NCBI GenBank assembly: GCA_963780475.1 | Contig: CAWACB010000005.1 | Coordinates: forward strand, 96,122-160,121 | Length of the DNA stretch: 64,000 nucleotides | Direction: 5' to 3' | DNA from: an uncultured Solirubrobacterales bacterium | GTDB taxonomy: Bacteria > Actinomycetota > Thermoleophilia > Solirubrobacterales > JBBDJG01 | Shown here: positions 1 through 10,918 of the stretch, piece by piece | Layout of the letters: every line of letters starts with the position of its first letter | How positions within the stretch are numbered: the stretch's first letter is position 1 | Made by a program: the position numbers and the translations under genes | The notes under the pieces: generated by a model | What the model was told of the DNA's origin: nothing | The model's input: only the letters and a program-made list of their open reading frames with translations | Database searches by the model: none

Positions 1-111
1 AGCGCGATCGAGTTCGAGCACGAGGTCGAGGACACGGAAGAGGTCGTCGACAAGTTCAAGCAGTTCCTGGACGAAGTGACGCCCGAGGATTTTGCTTCGG
101 GGAGCGGCTAG
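1..111 (+). CDS. 3' end of an unidentified gene (last 36 codons only)
   Basis: Frame 1 is open from the window edge to TAG 109-111. Acidic tail SAIEFEHEVEDTEEVVDKFKQFLDEVTPEDFASGSG; family not recognised. Its stop overlaps the convergent ddl stop. Confidence 0.4.
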   Translation, partial: SAIEFEHEVEDTEEVVDKFKQFLDEVTPEDFASGSG

Positions 112-1076
112 GCCGTAACTGCCTGACGGCGAGCGACGGCGAGGTCGACCAGCCGCTCGACCATCTCCTTGAAGCTGATGCCCGCCGCCTCCGCGGCCTG
201 GGGCAGGAAGCTGGTCTCGGTCATGCCCGGGATCGCCTGCGCCTCGAGCACGTGCAGCTGCTCGTCGGCGTCCATGATCATGTCGACCCGTGCGAAGCCC
301 GAGCAGCCGAGCAGCTCATAGGTCTGCACGGCAAGCTCCTGGGCCCGCTCGCCGGCGTCGCCGGGCAGGTCGGCGGGGCAGAAGTAGTCGGTCTTGCCGA
401 TCTCGTAGCGAGCCTCGAAGTCGAACCGGTACCCCTCGTGCGGGCGTGCCTCGACGGCCGGCAGCGCCTGCACGCCTCCGTCTGGCTCCTCCAGCAGGCT
501 GACCGCCAGCTCGCGCCCGCTGATGTGCCGCTCCAGCAGCACGCGGTCGTCGTAGCTGAATGCGGCCACCAGCGCCTCCGGCACGTCGCTCGCGCGTTCG
601 GCGAACCGGATGCCGAGCGCGGAGCCCTGGGCTGCAGGCTTCACGACCATGGGAAAACCGAGCCGTTCCTCGATCGCCGGCAGCGCGTCGGCGGCGCCGA
701 ATTCCTTGAATGCGACCTCGTTGAAGGCGAAGAACTCGGGCGTCGGCAGTCCGTTGCCGATCAGCTTGTGCTTCGTCAGCACCTTGTCCATGCATCGCAT
801 GCACGCCAGCACTCCCGAGCCCGTGTATGGAATGCCGATGATCTCGAGGATCTCCTGGACGGTCCCGTCCTCGCCGCCTCGCCCGTGCAGCGCGATGAAG
901 GCCACCTCGACTTCCGCTTCGCGCAACCGCCGGGCGAGCGTCACGTCCACGTCGATCGGCACGACTTCCGCGCCGAGCTCCTCGAGCGCGTCCTCGACGC
1001 GGCTCCCCGAGCGCAGCGAGACCTCTCGCTCGAGCGACTGCCCGCCCTTCAGGACCGCGACGCGACGCGCGTTCAT
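108..1076 (-). CDS. ddl: D-alanine--D-alanine ligase
   Basis: Last 322 codons of track ORF 108..2222(-), starting at ATG 1076 (MNARRVAVLKGGQSLEREVSLRSG...). ATP-grasp Ddl-like sequence throughout. ATGA overlap with the upstream aminotransferase stop. The remaining N-terminal part of the track ORF is Arg/Gly-rich shadow sequence. Confidence 0.9.
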   Translation of the reverse strand: MNARRVAVLKGGQSLEREVSLRSGSRVEDALEELGAEVVPIDVDVTLARRLREAEVEVAFIALHGRGGEDGTVQEILEIIGIPYTGSGVLACMRCMDKVLTKHKLIGNGLPTPEFFAFNEVAFKEFGAADALPAIEERLGFPMVVKPAAQGSALGIRFAERASDVPEALVAAFSYDDRVLLERHISGRELAVSLLEEPDGGVQALPAVEARPHEGYRFDFEARYEIGKTDYFCPADLPGDAGERAQELAVQTYELLGCSGFARVDMIMDADEQLHVLEAQAIPGMTETSFLPQAAEAAGISFKEMVERLVDLAVARRQAVTA

Positions 1077-2437
1077 GTGCCCTGCCGGCGCGCCCGCCGG
1101 GGAAGGTGAAGGACGTCGGCCAGCGGCTCCTCGCCCTTCTGCTCGGGCGACCGCCTGGGCGGCGCTGCCGGCTGCGCGCCCGTGAAGGTCCCGTACAGGT
1201 CGATCTGCTCGTTGACGACCTTGCCGATCCGCCGCACGCCCTCGACGATGCCGTCGATGTCGACTCCCGAGAAGTTGAGGCGCATCGAGCTGCCACCGCG
1301 GCCGTCCACATAGGCCGCCGAGCCGGGGACGAACGCGACGTTCTCCTCGCGGATCGCCTTGGCGAGCAGGTCGCTGGTGTCGATGAAGTCCGGCAGCGTG
1401 GCCCAGATGAACAGGCCGCCGCCGGGCTGGGTCCATTCCGCCTGGGGCGGGAAGTACTCGGCCAGCGCATCCAGCATCGCGTCCCGGCGCTGACGGTAGA
1501 TCGCGCACAGGCTCTGGATGTAGTTCTGCCAGCGGCCCTCGGCGAAGTACGCGTCGACCAGCTGTTGCGTGAGTGAGGAGGTGCACAGGTCCGCCGCCTG
1601 CTTGCCGAGCTTGATCTTGTCGAGGACGGGCCCGGGCGCCGCGATCCAACCGAGCCGGATGCCCGGCGAGAGGATCTTGGAGAACGTCCCCAGGTAGAGC
1701 ACGTAGCGCCCGCCGTCGAGCGAGTACAGGGTCGGCAGCGGCTCGCCCTCGTAGCGCAGCAGGCCATAGGGATTGTCCTCGAGCACCAGCAGCTCCCGGC
1801 GCGCCGCAAGCTCGACCAGCGCGGTCCGGCGCGGCTCGGACAGCGTCACCCCGGCAGGGTTCTGGAACGTCGGGACCGTGTAGATGAACTTCGGCCGGCG
1901 CCCGTCCCGGTCCAGCCGGTCGAGGGTCTCCTCGAGCAGGTCGATGCGCATCCCGTCGCTGTCCATCTCGATCTGGATCACGTCGGCCTCGTAGCTCGAG
2001 AACACCGGGACGGCGCCGGGGTAGGTCGGCGCCTCGCTGATCACGACGTCGCCCGGGTCGATCAGCGTCTTCGCGACCAGGTCGATCACCTGCTGGCCGC
2101 CGGTCGTGACGACGACGTCCTCGATGTCGATCCGCATGCCCTCCGCCGCCATCACCTCGGCGATCCGGAGCTTGGTCGCGTCGAAGCCCTCGGTGGGGCC
2201 GTACTGAAGTGCGCTCGCGCACGACTCCTGCGCGATCTTGGCCATCAGCCCGGCAAAGGTCTCAGGCGGGAAGGTCGAGGTGTCCGGCAATCCGCCCGCC
2301 AGGGAGATGACCTCGGGCCGGGCGGTGATCGCCATCAGATCTCGCATCGCCGAGGACCTCATCTGGCGGGTCCGGCGCGCGAAGAGCCCGGCGTAGCGCT
2401 CGATGTCGTGGCTGGTTCTGTGCTCCCGATCCGTCAC
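1073..2437 (-). CDS. PLP-dependent aminotransferase, class I/II (2-aminoadipate/MtnE-like)
   Basis: 454-aa track ORF. Typical fold-type I motifs (TTGGQQVIDL, NPYGLLRYEG, GTFSKILSPGIRLGW with the PLP lysine). Confidence 0.85.
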   Translation of the reverse strand: MTDREHRTSHDIERYAGLFARRTRQMRSSAMRDLMAITARPEVISLAGGLPDTSTFPPETFAGLMAKIAQESCASALQYGPTEGFDATKLRIAEVMAAEGMRIDIEDVVVTTGGQQVIDLVAKTLIDPGDVVISEAPTYPGAVPVFSSYEADVIQIEMDSDGMRIDLLEETLDRLDRDGRRPKFIYTVPTFQNPAGVTLSEPRRTALVELAARRELLVLEDNPYGLLRYEGEPLPTLYSLDGGRYVLYLGTFSKILSPGIRLGWIAAPGPVLDKIKLGKQAADLCTSSLTQQLVDAYFAEGRWQNYIQSLCAIYRQRRDAMLDALAEYFPPQAEWTQPGGGLFIWATLPDFIDTSDLLAKAIREENVAFVPGSAAYVDGRGGSSMRLNFSGVDIDGIVEGVRRIGKVVNEQIDLYGTFTGAQPAAPPRRSPEQKGEEPLADVLHLPRRARRQGT

Positions 2438-2569
2438 GAAGATGTTCTGAAACGGTGCATTCGGGGTCTCTCCGAGCCGCCCTGCGGAGCGCCCGCTCGG
2501 TGCAGGCGCGACGGCACGTGCACGCCGCCTTGAATCCGCAACAGCGACAATGACGATAGACCATCGCCG

Positions 2570-3154
2570 ATGGACCTCTTTCTCGCCATCACACAGGGAA
2601 TCGGGACCTCGCTCGCCGCCGGCGTGCGTGCAGCCGTGTCCGCGCTGGTCGTCGGGCTGCTCGCGCTCGCGAACGTGGGGATCGATTTCGAGGGCACCGA
2701 CTTCTCGTTCCTCGAGTCGCCTTGGTGGCTGGCGCTGATGGCGGTCGCGGTCGTGCTGGCGTTTCTGGCGGCGCGCTCTGGAGCGCCCGTCCCGACGATC
2801 GTGACGGCCGGCATCGCGGCGGGGATCGGTGCGCTGCTGTTCTCGGGATCACTCGCCGACGAGCACTACGAGAGCTGGCCGGGTCTCGCCGCCGGGCCGG
2901 CGTGTGCGGTGCTGGCGTTCGTGGCGGCGAGCACCTTCCTGCTGGGAGCGCAGTCGCGGCTGCGCGCACGCGGGGACGAGGACACCGCGTCCTTCCTGCT
3001 CGTTTACGCCGACGTCGCGACGGCGGCGCTGGCCGCGCTGTCGGTGCTGGTTCCGCCGATCTCGATCTTGGCCCTGGCCGTCGCCGTGTGGGCGGTCGTG
3101 TCGCAGCGGCGCCGCACGCAGCGCAAGTACGAAGGCCTCCGCATCCTGCGTTGA
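2570..3154 (+). CDS. DUF4126-like integral membrane protein
   Basis: 194-aa track ORF. Four or five hydrophobic segments, N-terminus MDLFLAITQGIGTSLAAGVRAA typical of DUF4126. The antisense ORFs are Arg-rich shadows. Confidence 0.6.
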   Translation: MDLFLAITQGIGTSLAAGVRAAVSALVVGLLALANVGIDFEGTDFSFLESPWWLALMAVAVVLAFLAARSGAPVPTIVTAGIAAGIGALLFSGSLADEHYESWPGLAAGPACAVLAFVAASTFLLGAQSRLRARGDEDTASFLLVYADVATAALAALSVLVPPISILALAVAVWAVVSQRRRTQRKYEGLRILR

Positions 3155-3173
3155 ACCAAGTCCCCTCCCTGCG

Positions 3174-4643
3174 TTGAAAAAGCTCGTCCTCGTTGTCGTG
3201 GACGCCCTCAAGCCGGCGATGCTCGAGCGCGCCGTCGAGCAGGGCAAGGCGCCGATGTTCGCGGAGATCCTGAAGCGCGGCGTGTACCACCCGGACTGCG
3301 TGAGCGTCTTCCCCTCGGTGACGCCCGCCGCGTCGGCGTCGATCACGACCGGCGTCACGGTCGACCGGCACGGCGTCCCCTCGATCAACTGGTACCACCG
3401 CGGCGAGCGGCGCTACGTCGACTACGGCTCGTCCGGCCAAGCGGTGCGCACGTTCGGTCTCCTGCGGTCGATGCTCGACACGGTCTACAACATGAACTTC
3501 GACCACCTCAGCCGCGCGCATCTGACGGTGTTCGAGCGGCTCGACGACGCGGGGGTGCGCACGGCCTGCACTCCGTTCCTGATCTTCCGCGGCCGCACGC
3601 GGCACGAGCTGGCGGTCCAGGGCTGGCTGCGGCGGGTGGTGCAAGCGGCGAACTTCCGCCACGCGGTCTACGGGCCGGCCGAGCTGTTCTATGGAGAGCT
3701 GTACTCCTCGCAATCCGTCGACTGCCGTTCCACGCTCGCGCGGCCGGGCACGCGCGACCCCTACTCCGGCTGCGTAGGCGCTCACCTGGAGGAGTACGAC
3801 CTGTACGACTTCATGCTGTTCTCGCTGCCCGACAACGACAACTACTCGCACCGCCTCGGGCCCGACGCGACGGTCACGTCGATCGCACGCGCGGACCGTT
3901 ACCTGGAGCAGCTGGTTCAGGCGGGCGGTGGCGCGGAGCGGTTCTTCGACGAGCACGCGGTGATCCTGATGGCCGACCACGCTCAGATCGCGGTCACCGA
4001 GCGACTGCACCTCGCCGAGTACCTCGGGGAGTGGAAGGTCCTGCAGCCGAACGACCAGGATCCGGAGGGCGCCGAGCTTGCCGTCAGCCCGGGTGCGCGA
4101 TCGGCGATGGTCTACGCGCTGGGCCCGGAGGAAGCTCGCGCCGAGCGACTGCCGGCGGTGCGCGCGAAGCTGCGAGAGCTGGAGGGAGTCGACGTGATGG
4201 CCTGGCTCGAGGACGGCGAGGCGCGCCTGTGGACCCCGCGGGGTGAGCTGCGGTTCGTGCCCGGGTCCGCGGTGGCCGACACCCGCGGCATGCGCTGGGA
4301 CTTCGAGGGTGACCCGGCGGCGCTCGAGGCGCACGTCTCGGGCGATGAGTGGGAGAGCCGCGCCTACCCGGATGCCCTGGGGCGCCTGTGGTCGGCGCTC
4401 GAGTGCGCGGGCGCAGGAGACATCGTCCTCTCGCTCGCGCGCGGCTACGAGTGCGTCGACTGGGGTGGCGCGGACCATGTCGGCGGTGGCAGCCATGGGT
4501 CGTTGCGGCGCGGCGACTCGCTCGGGCCGCTGGCGTTCGTCAACTGCGGCCCGGATCTGAACGGCGGGGCCGCGCAACCGCGCCAGTGGTCGGTCACCGA
4601 CGTTGCCCGGGTGGTGCTGGACCACTTCGGCGTGGAAGCGTGA
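3174..4643 (+). CDS. alkaline-phosphatase-superfamily protein (type I phosphodiesterase/nucleotide pyrophosphatase-like)
   Basis: Downstream part of track ORF 2829..4643, trimmed to in-frame TTG 3174 just after the previous gene's stop. LVLVVVDALKPAML and FPSVTPAASASITTG (nucleophile Thr) motifs. Start codon uncertain. Confidence 0.7.
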   Translation: MKKLVLVVVDALKPAMLERAVEQGKAPMFAEILKRGVYHPDCVSVFPSVTPAASASITTGVTVDRHGVPSINWYHRGERRYVDYGSSGQAVRTFGLLRSMLDTVYNMNFDHLSRAHLTVFERLDDAGVRTACTPFLIFRGRTRHELAVQGWLRRVVQAANFRHAVYGPAELFYGELYSSQSVDCRSTLARPGTRDPYSGCVGAHLEEYDLYDFMLFSLPDNDNYSHRLGPDATVTSIARADRYLEQLVQAGGGAERFFDEHAVILMADHAQIAVTERLHLAEYLGEWKVLQPNDQDPEGAELAVSPGARSAMVYALGPEEARAERLPAVRAKLRELEGVDVMAWLEDGEARLWTPRGELRFVPGSAVADTRGMRWDFEGDPAALEAHVSGDEWESRAYPDALGRLWSALECAGAGDIVLSLARGYECVDWGGADHVGGGSHGSLRRGDSLGPLAFVNCGPDLNGGAAQPRQWSVTDVARVVLDHFGVEA

Positions 4644-4909
4644 TTCGGAAGAGCCTCCGCGTAACCGGAAGGGTGCAAGGGGTGTTCTTCCGGGACAGCC
4701 TTCGCCAGCGTGCCCGCGCGGAAGGGGTCGCGGGATGGGCGCGGAACTGTTCAGACGGATCCGTCGAGGTGGTGCTCGAGGGTGACCCTGCCGCAGTCGA
4801 GCGCCTGATCGACTTCTGTCGTATCGGCCCCGGCGCCGCGCGTGTCGATGGTGTGGACATCGAAGACGAGCGCCCGGAAGGGCTGGTCGAGTTCGAGATC
4901 AGATCGTGA
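4640..4909 (+). CDS. acyP: acylphosphatase
   Basis: GTG 4640 overlaps the preceding TGA (GTGA). VIRKSLRVTGRVQGVFFRDSLRQRARAEGVAGWARNCSDGSVEVVLEG matches the acylphosphatase signature V.G.VQGV.FR. Confidence 0.8.
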   Translation: MIRKSLRVTGRVQGVFFRDSLRQRARAEGVAGWARNCSDGSVEVVLEGDPAAVERLIDFCRIGPGAARVDGVDIEDERPEGLVEFEIRS

Positions 4910-5454
4910 ACCCAAGCCAAACCGAGACCCGACCCGCACCCGGTGCTCTATCTTCGGCGGCCATGCCGGGCGAGACCTACACCGCCAGGACGACCGCCGG
5001 GGCGCACGCCCGCCGCGTCGGCCGTGGCCTGCGCAAGCCCGCCAACTGGGTGCAGCTGATCAAGTTCTCGGTGGTTGGTGCGACCGGCTACGTCGTGAAC
5101 CTGTCGGTGTTCACTGCCCTGGTCGCGCTGGGCGACATGCACTACATCCCGGCGGCGATCCTCGCCTTCTGCGTCGCAGTCACCAACAACTTCCTGCTCA
5201 ACCGGCATTGGACGTTCCGCGCCAAGGAGGGCCACGCCGGATTCCAGGCGGCACGGTTCCTGACCGTCAGCCTGGTCGCGCTCGGCTTCAACCTGATCGT
5301 GCTGGAACTCCTGGTCAGCGTGGCCGGCTTCGAGAAGGTGGCGGCTCAAGCGCTGGCGATTCTGGCCGCGACGCCGCTCAACTTCATCGGCAACAAGCTG
5401 TGGAGCTTCAGGCTCGGCGGGCCGAGCCACGGCCGTCGCGCTCACGGCGGCTGA
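4906..5454 (+). CDS. GtrA-family membrane protein
   Basis: 182-aa track ORF. LIKFSVVGATGYVVNLSVF ... NNFLLNRHWTF ... NFIGNKLWSF are GtrA hallmarks. ATGA overlap with acyP. The internal ATG 4963 is an alternative start. Confidence 0.75.
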   Translation: MNPSQTETRPAPGALSSAAMPGETYTARTTAGAHARRVGRGLRKPANWVQLIKFSVVGATGYVVNLSVFTALVALGDMHYIPAAILAFCVAVTNNFLLNRHWTFRAKEGHAGFQAARFLTVSLVALGFNLIVLELLVSVAGFEKVAAQALAILAATPLNFIGNKLWSFRLGGPSHGRRAHGG

Positions 5455-7080
5455 GCCGCCGCTGCGTCCACCTACTGGTCGTCGCGGCGCTCGGCGTCGC
5501 AGCGATTGCAGCTCTTCCGCAGGTCGCCTCCGCTGCCTCCAGCCAGGCGGTCGAGTCCGAGCCGACCCTGACAAAGCCGGCTTCGCCGACGCGGCCGCCG
5601 GCCGAGCACTTCCTCACCGCGCGGGAAGTGGAGCGCATCGCGAGGCTGTCGCCCAAGCTGCGGGAGGAGTTGCGCCGCCACCGCAGGGTGCGGGTCGAGC
5701 CCTACGCGAAGGGCCCGGGCCGCTGGCAGGTGAGCTACTTCGCGGGCGGCGAAGAGGTCGCGCAGGTGATCGTCGACGAGCGCCGCGGCCGCGCGGTCGA
5801 GGTGTGGACCGGCCCGCAGGTCAAATGGCAGATGGCCCGCGGGCTGCCCGGCGCGTTCGGGCGCCGGTTCAACTCCCCGGCGGTCTGGGCGCTGCTGATC
5901 ATCGCCTTCCTGGTGCCATTCGTGGACGTGCGCCGGCCGCTGCGACTGCTGCACCTGGACCTGGTCGTCCTACTCGGCTTCGGCGTATCGCACATCTACT
6001 TCAACCGCGGCGAGATCTTCACGTCGGTGCCGCTGGTCTATCCGGTGCTGATCTACCTGCTCGTGCGGATGCTGATGCTCGCGCGCAGCCGCGCCGGCCC
6101 GGGGCTGCCGCACGTCTCGATGCCGCTCGCCTGGCTGGGCCTCGGCCTGGTCTTCCTGGTCGGATTTCGCGTCGGCCTCAACCTGACCAACTCGAATGTG
6201 ATCGACGTGGGTTACTCGGGGGTGATCGGAGCCGACCACATCACTCACGGTCGCGACGTCTATGGCGCCTTCCCGCAGGACAACCCTTCCGGAGACACGT
6301 ATGGGCCGGTCAGCTACCTGGCGTACGTGCCGTGGGAGCTGGCGTGGCCGTGGGGCGGGACCTGGGACGACCTGCCGGCGGCGCACGGCGCGGCGGTCTT
6401 CTTCGACCTCGCCACGATCGCGGCCCTGTTCGTGCTGGGGCGGCGGTTGCTGCCGGGCGCCGACGGCAACCGGCTCGGCCTGGTGCTCGCGTACGGCTGG
6501 GCGGCCTATCCCTACACGCTGTTCGTGCTCAGCTCGAACGCGAACGACAGCCTGGTCGCGCTGCTGGTGGTGCTGGCCTTCGTGGCGCTCGCCTCGCCGG
6601 TGGGCAGGGGCGCATTGCTGGCGCTGGCGTCGGCCGCGAAGTTCGCGCCGCTCGCGCTCGCGCCGCTGTTCGCCGGCTTCGAGCGTTTCCGATTACGCGA
6701 CGCGGCCATCTTCACCGCGACGTTCGCCGTCGTGACCGCGGTCGTGTTCGTGCCGCTGCTGCCCGACGGCGGGGTGTCCGAGCTGTGGGACCGGACCCTC
6801 GGCTTCCAGCTCGATCGCGACTCACCCTTCAGCATCTGGGGTCAGGAGGACTGGCTCGACCCGCTGCACGTCGCCGTCACCGCCGGTGCTGCGCTGCTCG
6901 CGCTCGCAGTGGCCTTCGTCCCGCGGGAGAAGAGCGTGACGCGGCGCGCTCGCGCTCGGCGCGGCGGTTCTACTGGCGGCGCAGCTCGCGATGTCGCACT
7001 GGTTCTACCTCTACATCGTCTGGTGGTTCCCGCTCGCTTTCACTGCTCTGCTCGCGCGGGAACCAGAAGCTGCTCGATAG
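5400..7080 (+). CDS. polytopic membrane protein, probable GT-C-type glycosyltransferase (DUF2029/ArnT-like); frame broken near 6940-6950
   Basis: Sensible sequence in track ORF 4842..7529 runs from about GTG 5400 (signal-like RRLSRRCVHLLVVAALGVAAIAALPQVASA). It continues through about 10 TM segments to ...AVAFVPREKSVT. The hydrophobic C-terminus LALGAAVLLAAQLAMSHWFYLYIVWWFPLAFTALLAREPEAAR* continues in the +1 frame to TAG 7078-7080. Start uncertain. Confidence 0.55.
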
Positions 7081-7834
7081 ACGCGGCCCGGCTGCCGCCG
7101 TCGGTGGTGACCAGGCACGCCATCACCCAGGGATCCTCCTCGGCTGTTTCGAAGCGCACTGGAAGCTGGGTCAGGAACCGCTCCAGGATCTGCTCCCGCT
7201 TGACGCCGATCACGCCGCCCCGCGCCCCCGTCATCCCGACGTCGGAGATGTACGCGGTCCCCTGGGGCAGCACGCGAAGGTCCGCGGTCGGAACGTGGGT
7301 GTGCGTTCCCAGCACCGCCAGCACACGTCCGTCGAGGTGCCAGCCCATCGCGACCTTCTCGCTCGTCGCCTCGGCGTGGAAGTCGACCAGGATCAGGTCG
7401 GCCTCCTTCTCGAGCCGCTCCAGCAGGCCGTCGATCACCAGGAACGGCGAGCGGGCGGCGTTCAGGAAGACGGTCCCGCTGAGGTTCACGATCCCCCAGC
7501 GCACGCCGTCCTTCTCGACCACCGTGTAGCCACGGCCCGGGTTGCCGTCGAGATAGTTGGCCGGACGAACCACGCGGTCGGTGCTGTCGAGGTAGCTGTA
7601 CGCGTCCCGATGGCGGTAGACGTGATTGCCGGTCGTGATCACGTCGGTGCCCGCGGCGAAGATCTTCTCCGCCGTTCGCTGCGTGATGCCGAGACCGCCC
7701 GCGACGTTCTCGCCGTTGGTCACGACGAAGTCGGGCTGGTGCTCCTCGATCAGTGCCGGCAGGGTCGCCGAGAGCGCACGCCGGCCCGGCTCTCCAACCA
7801 CGTCCCCGCAGAACAGCACTCGCCGACGATCCAT
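7040..7834 (-). CDS. YmdB-like metallophosphoesterase (TIGR00282 family)
   Basis: 264-aa track ORF. VLFCGDVVGEPGR...VVTNGENVAGGLGIT...TTGNHVY...DFHAEATSEK...LGTHTHVPT are the YmdB metal-binding motifs. Confidence 0.8.
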   Translation of the reverse strand: MDRRRVLFCGDVVGEPGRRALSATLPALIEEHQPDFVVTNGENVAGGLGITQRTAEKIFAAGTDVITTGNHVYRHRDAYSYLDSTDRVVRPANYLDGNPGRGYTVVEKDGVRWGIVNLSGTVFLNAARSPFLVIDGLLERLEKEADLILVDFHAEATSEKVAMGWHLDGRVLAVLGTHTHVPTADLRVLPQGTAYISDVGMTGARGGVIGVKREQILERFLTQLPVRFETAEEDPWVMACLVTTDGGSRAASIEQLLVPARAEQ

Positions 7835-7854
7835 GGCGGGGAAGATATGCCCTT

Positions 7855-8559
7855 ATGAGTGCGCCGGTTCTGAGAGCGGTGGATCTGCACAAGCGCTATG
7901 GCGCGCGCGCGGCACTGGCCGGGGTCTCGATCGAGGCTGCTCCGGGCGAGCTGGTCGCGTGCATCGGGCCGAACGGCGCCGGCAAGACGACGCTGCTGTC
8001 GGTGCTCGCCGGCGTGATGGACCCTGACGAGGGCGAGGTGACTCGCGACGGCGTGCGTGTCGGCTGGGTCCCCCAGCGACCGGCCGTCTACGGCAAGCTC
8101 AGTGTCGAGGACAACGTGCGGCTGTTCGCGCATCTCGAGCAGGCCGCCGATCCCGATGCGGCCGTCGAGCGGATGCTCGCGCAGGCCGGCCTCGTAGATC
8201 GGGCCGCCGATCCGGTCTCGCAGCTGTCGGCCGGTAACCGCCAGCGGGTCAACATCGCCGCGGGTGTGGTCGCGGAGCCGCCGGTGCTGCTGCTCGACGA
8301 GCCGAGCGCCTCGCTGGACGTAGGGCAGCGCGCTGTGCTGTGGGACTTCCTCGAGCAGCTGGCCGCGCGCGGGACGGCGATCGTCTACTCGACCCACATC
8401 GTCGAAGAGGCCGAGCAGTACGCCGACCGGGTCCTGGTGCTGGCCGCCGGGCGTCCGCTGCACTGGGGCACCGTCGCCGAGCTGCGCGAGCGAGTGAGCG
8501 CGGGCGGCGGATCCCTGGAGGATGCATTCGTGTCCTTCCTGCAGGAGCACGCGTCCTGA
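7855..8559 (+). CDS. ABC transporter ATP-binding protein
   Basis: Track ORF 7753..8559 trimmed to ATG 7855 (MSAPVLRAVDLHKRYG). Walker A GPNGAGKTT, signature LSAGNRQR, Walker B LLLDEP. Confidence 0.85.
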   Translation: MSAPVLRAVDLHKRYGARAALAGVSIEAAPGELVACIGPNGAGKTTLLSVLAGVMDPDEGEVTRDGVRVGWVPQRPAVYGKLSVEDNVRLFAHLEQAADPDAAVERMLAQAGLVDRAADPVSQLSAGNRQRVNIAAGVVAEPPVLLLDEPSASLDVGQRAVLWDFLEQLAARGTAIVYSTHIVEEAEQYADRVLVLAAGRPLHWGTVAELRERVSAGGGSLEDAFVSFLQEHAS

Positions 8560-9917
8560 GTCGCCTGCCCCGGCTCGCGCCGATCAGCCGGCTGCTCGCC
8601 AAGGACGTGCGCATCCTGCGCCGGTCGCCGGTCACGGTGGCGATCCTCGTGCTCTACCCCGTGGTGGTGGCGGTGCTGGTCGGGCTCGCCCTCAGCCGGC
8701 CACCGGAGCGGCCCGAGGTGGCGGTCGTCGGTCCGCCTCCGGGTGAGGCGGCGGTTCAGGTCGGAGGGCAGGAGCTCGACCTGGCGCTGGCCGAGCGCGA
8801 GCTGCGCGGCCGCGTCGACGCGGTGCGCGTGAAGTCGCGCGAAGAGGCGGTCGAGAAGGTGCGTGACGGCGACGTTCTCGGCGCGCTCATCATCCCGTCG
8901 GTCACCGAGCAGCGCCTGCGCTCGACGCTCGACCGCCCGCGGGTGGAGGTGCTCGTGAACGATGAGGACCCGCTGCGCGCCCGGGCCGTCAGGGACGCGA
9001 TCGAGAGCGCGGTCGCTGGTGCCAACCAGCGCGTCTCGCGCGCGCTGACCGGGGTGGCCGTGCGCTACCTGCGGCTGTTGCAAGAGGGCGGATCGGTGAA
9101 CGTGCTGGGGAGCGACTTCGAGGTCCTCGGCCTGGACCGCATCTCCGCCATCACGCGCCGTGCGGCGCGCCGGCTGCCGCGCGACTCGGCGGAGCGACGC
9201 GACCTCGAGCGCGTGTCGCGCTTCGCCACGCTGGCGCGCGAGAACTTCAATCTCTCCGGCCGCGCGCTGAACGCGATCAGCCAGCCGATCCGCGTGAAGA
9301 CGACGACCGTGGCAGGCGCCGAGGTGGAGCTGACCGATTTCGCCGCGGCGGTCGCGGCCGCGATCTCGCTGATGTTCCTCTGCGTCCTGCTTGCGTCGGG
9401 CTCGCTGGCGCTCGAGCGCGAGGAGAACGTCCTCGGCCGTCTCTTGCGCGGGCCGGTGCGTCCCGCCGAGCTGCTCGCCGAGAAGATGCTGCTGGTCGCG
9501 CTGGCCGCGTTTCCGGTAATGGCGCTTCTGCTCGTGCTCCTCGGTACCTTCGTCGACCTGGACTGGGGGCGGGTCGCGCTGTGGGCGCCGGCGGTGATCG
9601 CCGGCGCCTTGGCGTTCGGAGCGCTCGGTCTGCTGATCGGCGCGCTCGCCCGCGAGGTGGCCGCAGCTTCGCTGGCCTCGTTCGCGCTGCTGCTTCCGCT
9701 TGCCTTCGCCGGTCTGGTTCCGTCGGGGTCCGTGAGCGAGGGGGTCCACGACGTGACCGCGGCGGTGTCGGCCGCCTTCCCGTTCAAACCCACCCTCGAC
9801 GCCCTCACAGCGGCGCTCTACGGGTCCGGCGACCTGGGCGGGCCGCTGCTTCACCTGGCGCTGCTTGCAGCGGTTTTCGCCGTTGCAGCGCGCATCGCCA
9901 TCACCCGGGCCGCCTGA
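8556..9917 (+). CDS. ABC-2-type transporter permease
   Basis: Downstream part of track ORF 8340..9917. ISRLLAKDVRILRRSPVTVAILVLYPVVVAV, a large extracytoplasmic loop, then 5 C-terminal TM segments. No ATG/GTG precedes the conserved N-terminus, so CTG 8556 (CTGA overlap) is a guess. Confidence 0.7.
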   Translation: MSRLPRLAPISRLLAKDVRILRRSPVTVAILVLYPVVVAVLVGLALSRPPERPEVAVVGPPPGEAAVQVGGQELDLALAERELRGRVDAVRVKSREEAVEKVRDGDVLGALIIPSVTEQRLRSTLDRPRVEVLVNDEDPLRARAVRDAIESAVAGANQRVSRALTGVAVRYLRLLQEGGSVNVLGSDFEVLGLDRISAITRRAARRLPRDSAERRDLERVSRFATLARENFNLSGRALNAISQPIRVKTTTVAGAEVELTDFAAAVAAAISLMFLCVLLASGSLALEREENVLGRLLRGPVRPAELLAEKMLLVALAAFPVMALLLVLLGTFVDLDWGRVALWAPAVIAGALAFGALGLLIGALAREVAAASLASFALLLPLAFAGLVPSGSVSEGVHDVTAAVSAAFPFKPTLDALTAALYGSGDLGGPLLHLALLAAVFAVAARIAITRAA

Positions 9918-9928
9918 CGCAGCCCGGG

Positions 9929-9934
9929 TAGACT
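9929..9934 (+). promoter_or_regulatory. TAGACT -10-like box 6 nt upstream of the hemB GTG (leaderless-type promoter candidate)
   Basis: cccgggTAGACTcaggacGTG, with no Shine-Dalgarno sequence in between. The same hexamer recurs at other gene starts (see findings). Confidence 0.3.
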
Positions 9935-9940
9935 CAGGAC

Positions 9941-10902
<962 letters not shown>

Positions 10903-10918
<16 letters not shown>

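Noticed and set aside
2589-4625. Very long antisense and alternative-frame ORFs. Examples: 2589..4625(-), 316..1809(-), 37397..39439(-), 25478..27073(+), 38293..39825(+), 52372..54075(-), 5804..7858(+), and the upstream 650 codons of 44800..47481(-).
   Set aside because: Their translations are Arg/Pro/Gly/Ala-rich low-complexity strings with no recognisable motifs. Each lies opposite or out of frame to a gene with clear family signatures. These are the typical stop-poor shadow frames of high-GC DNA.
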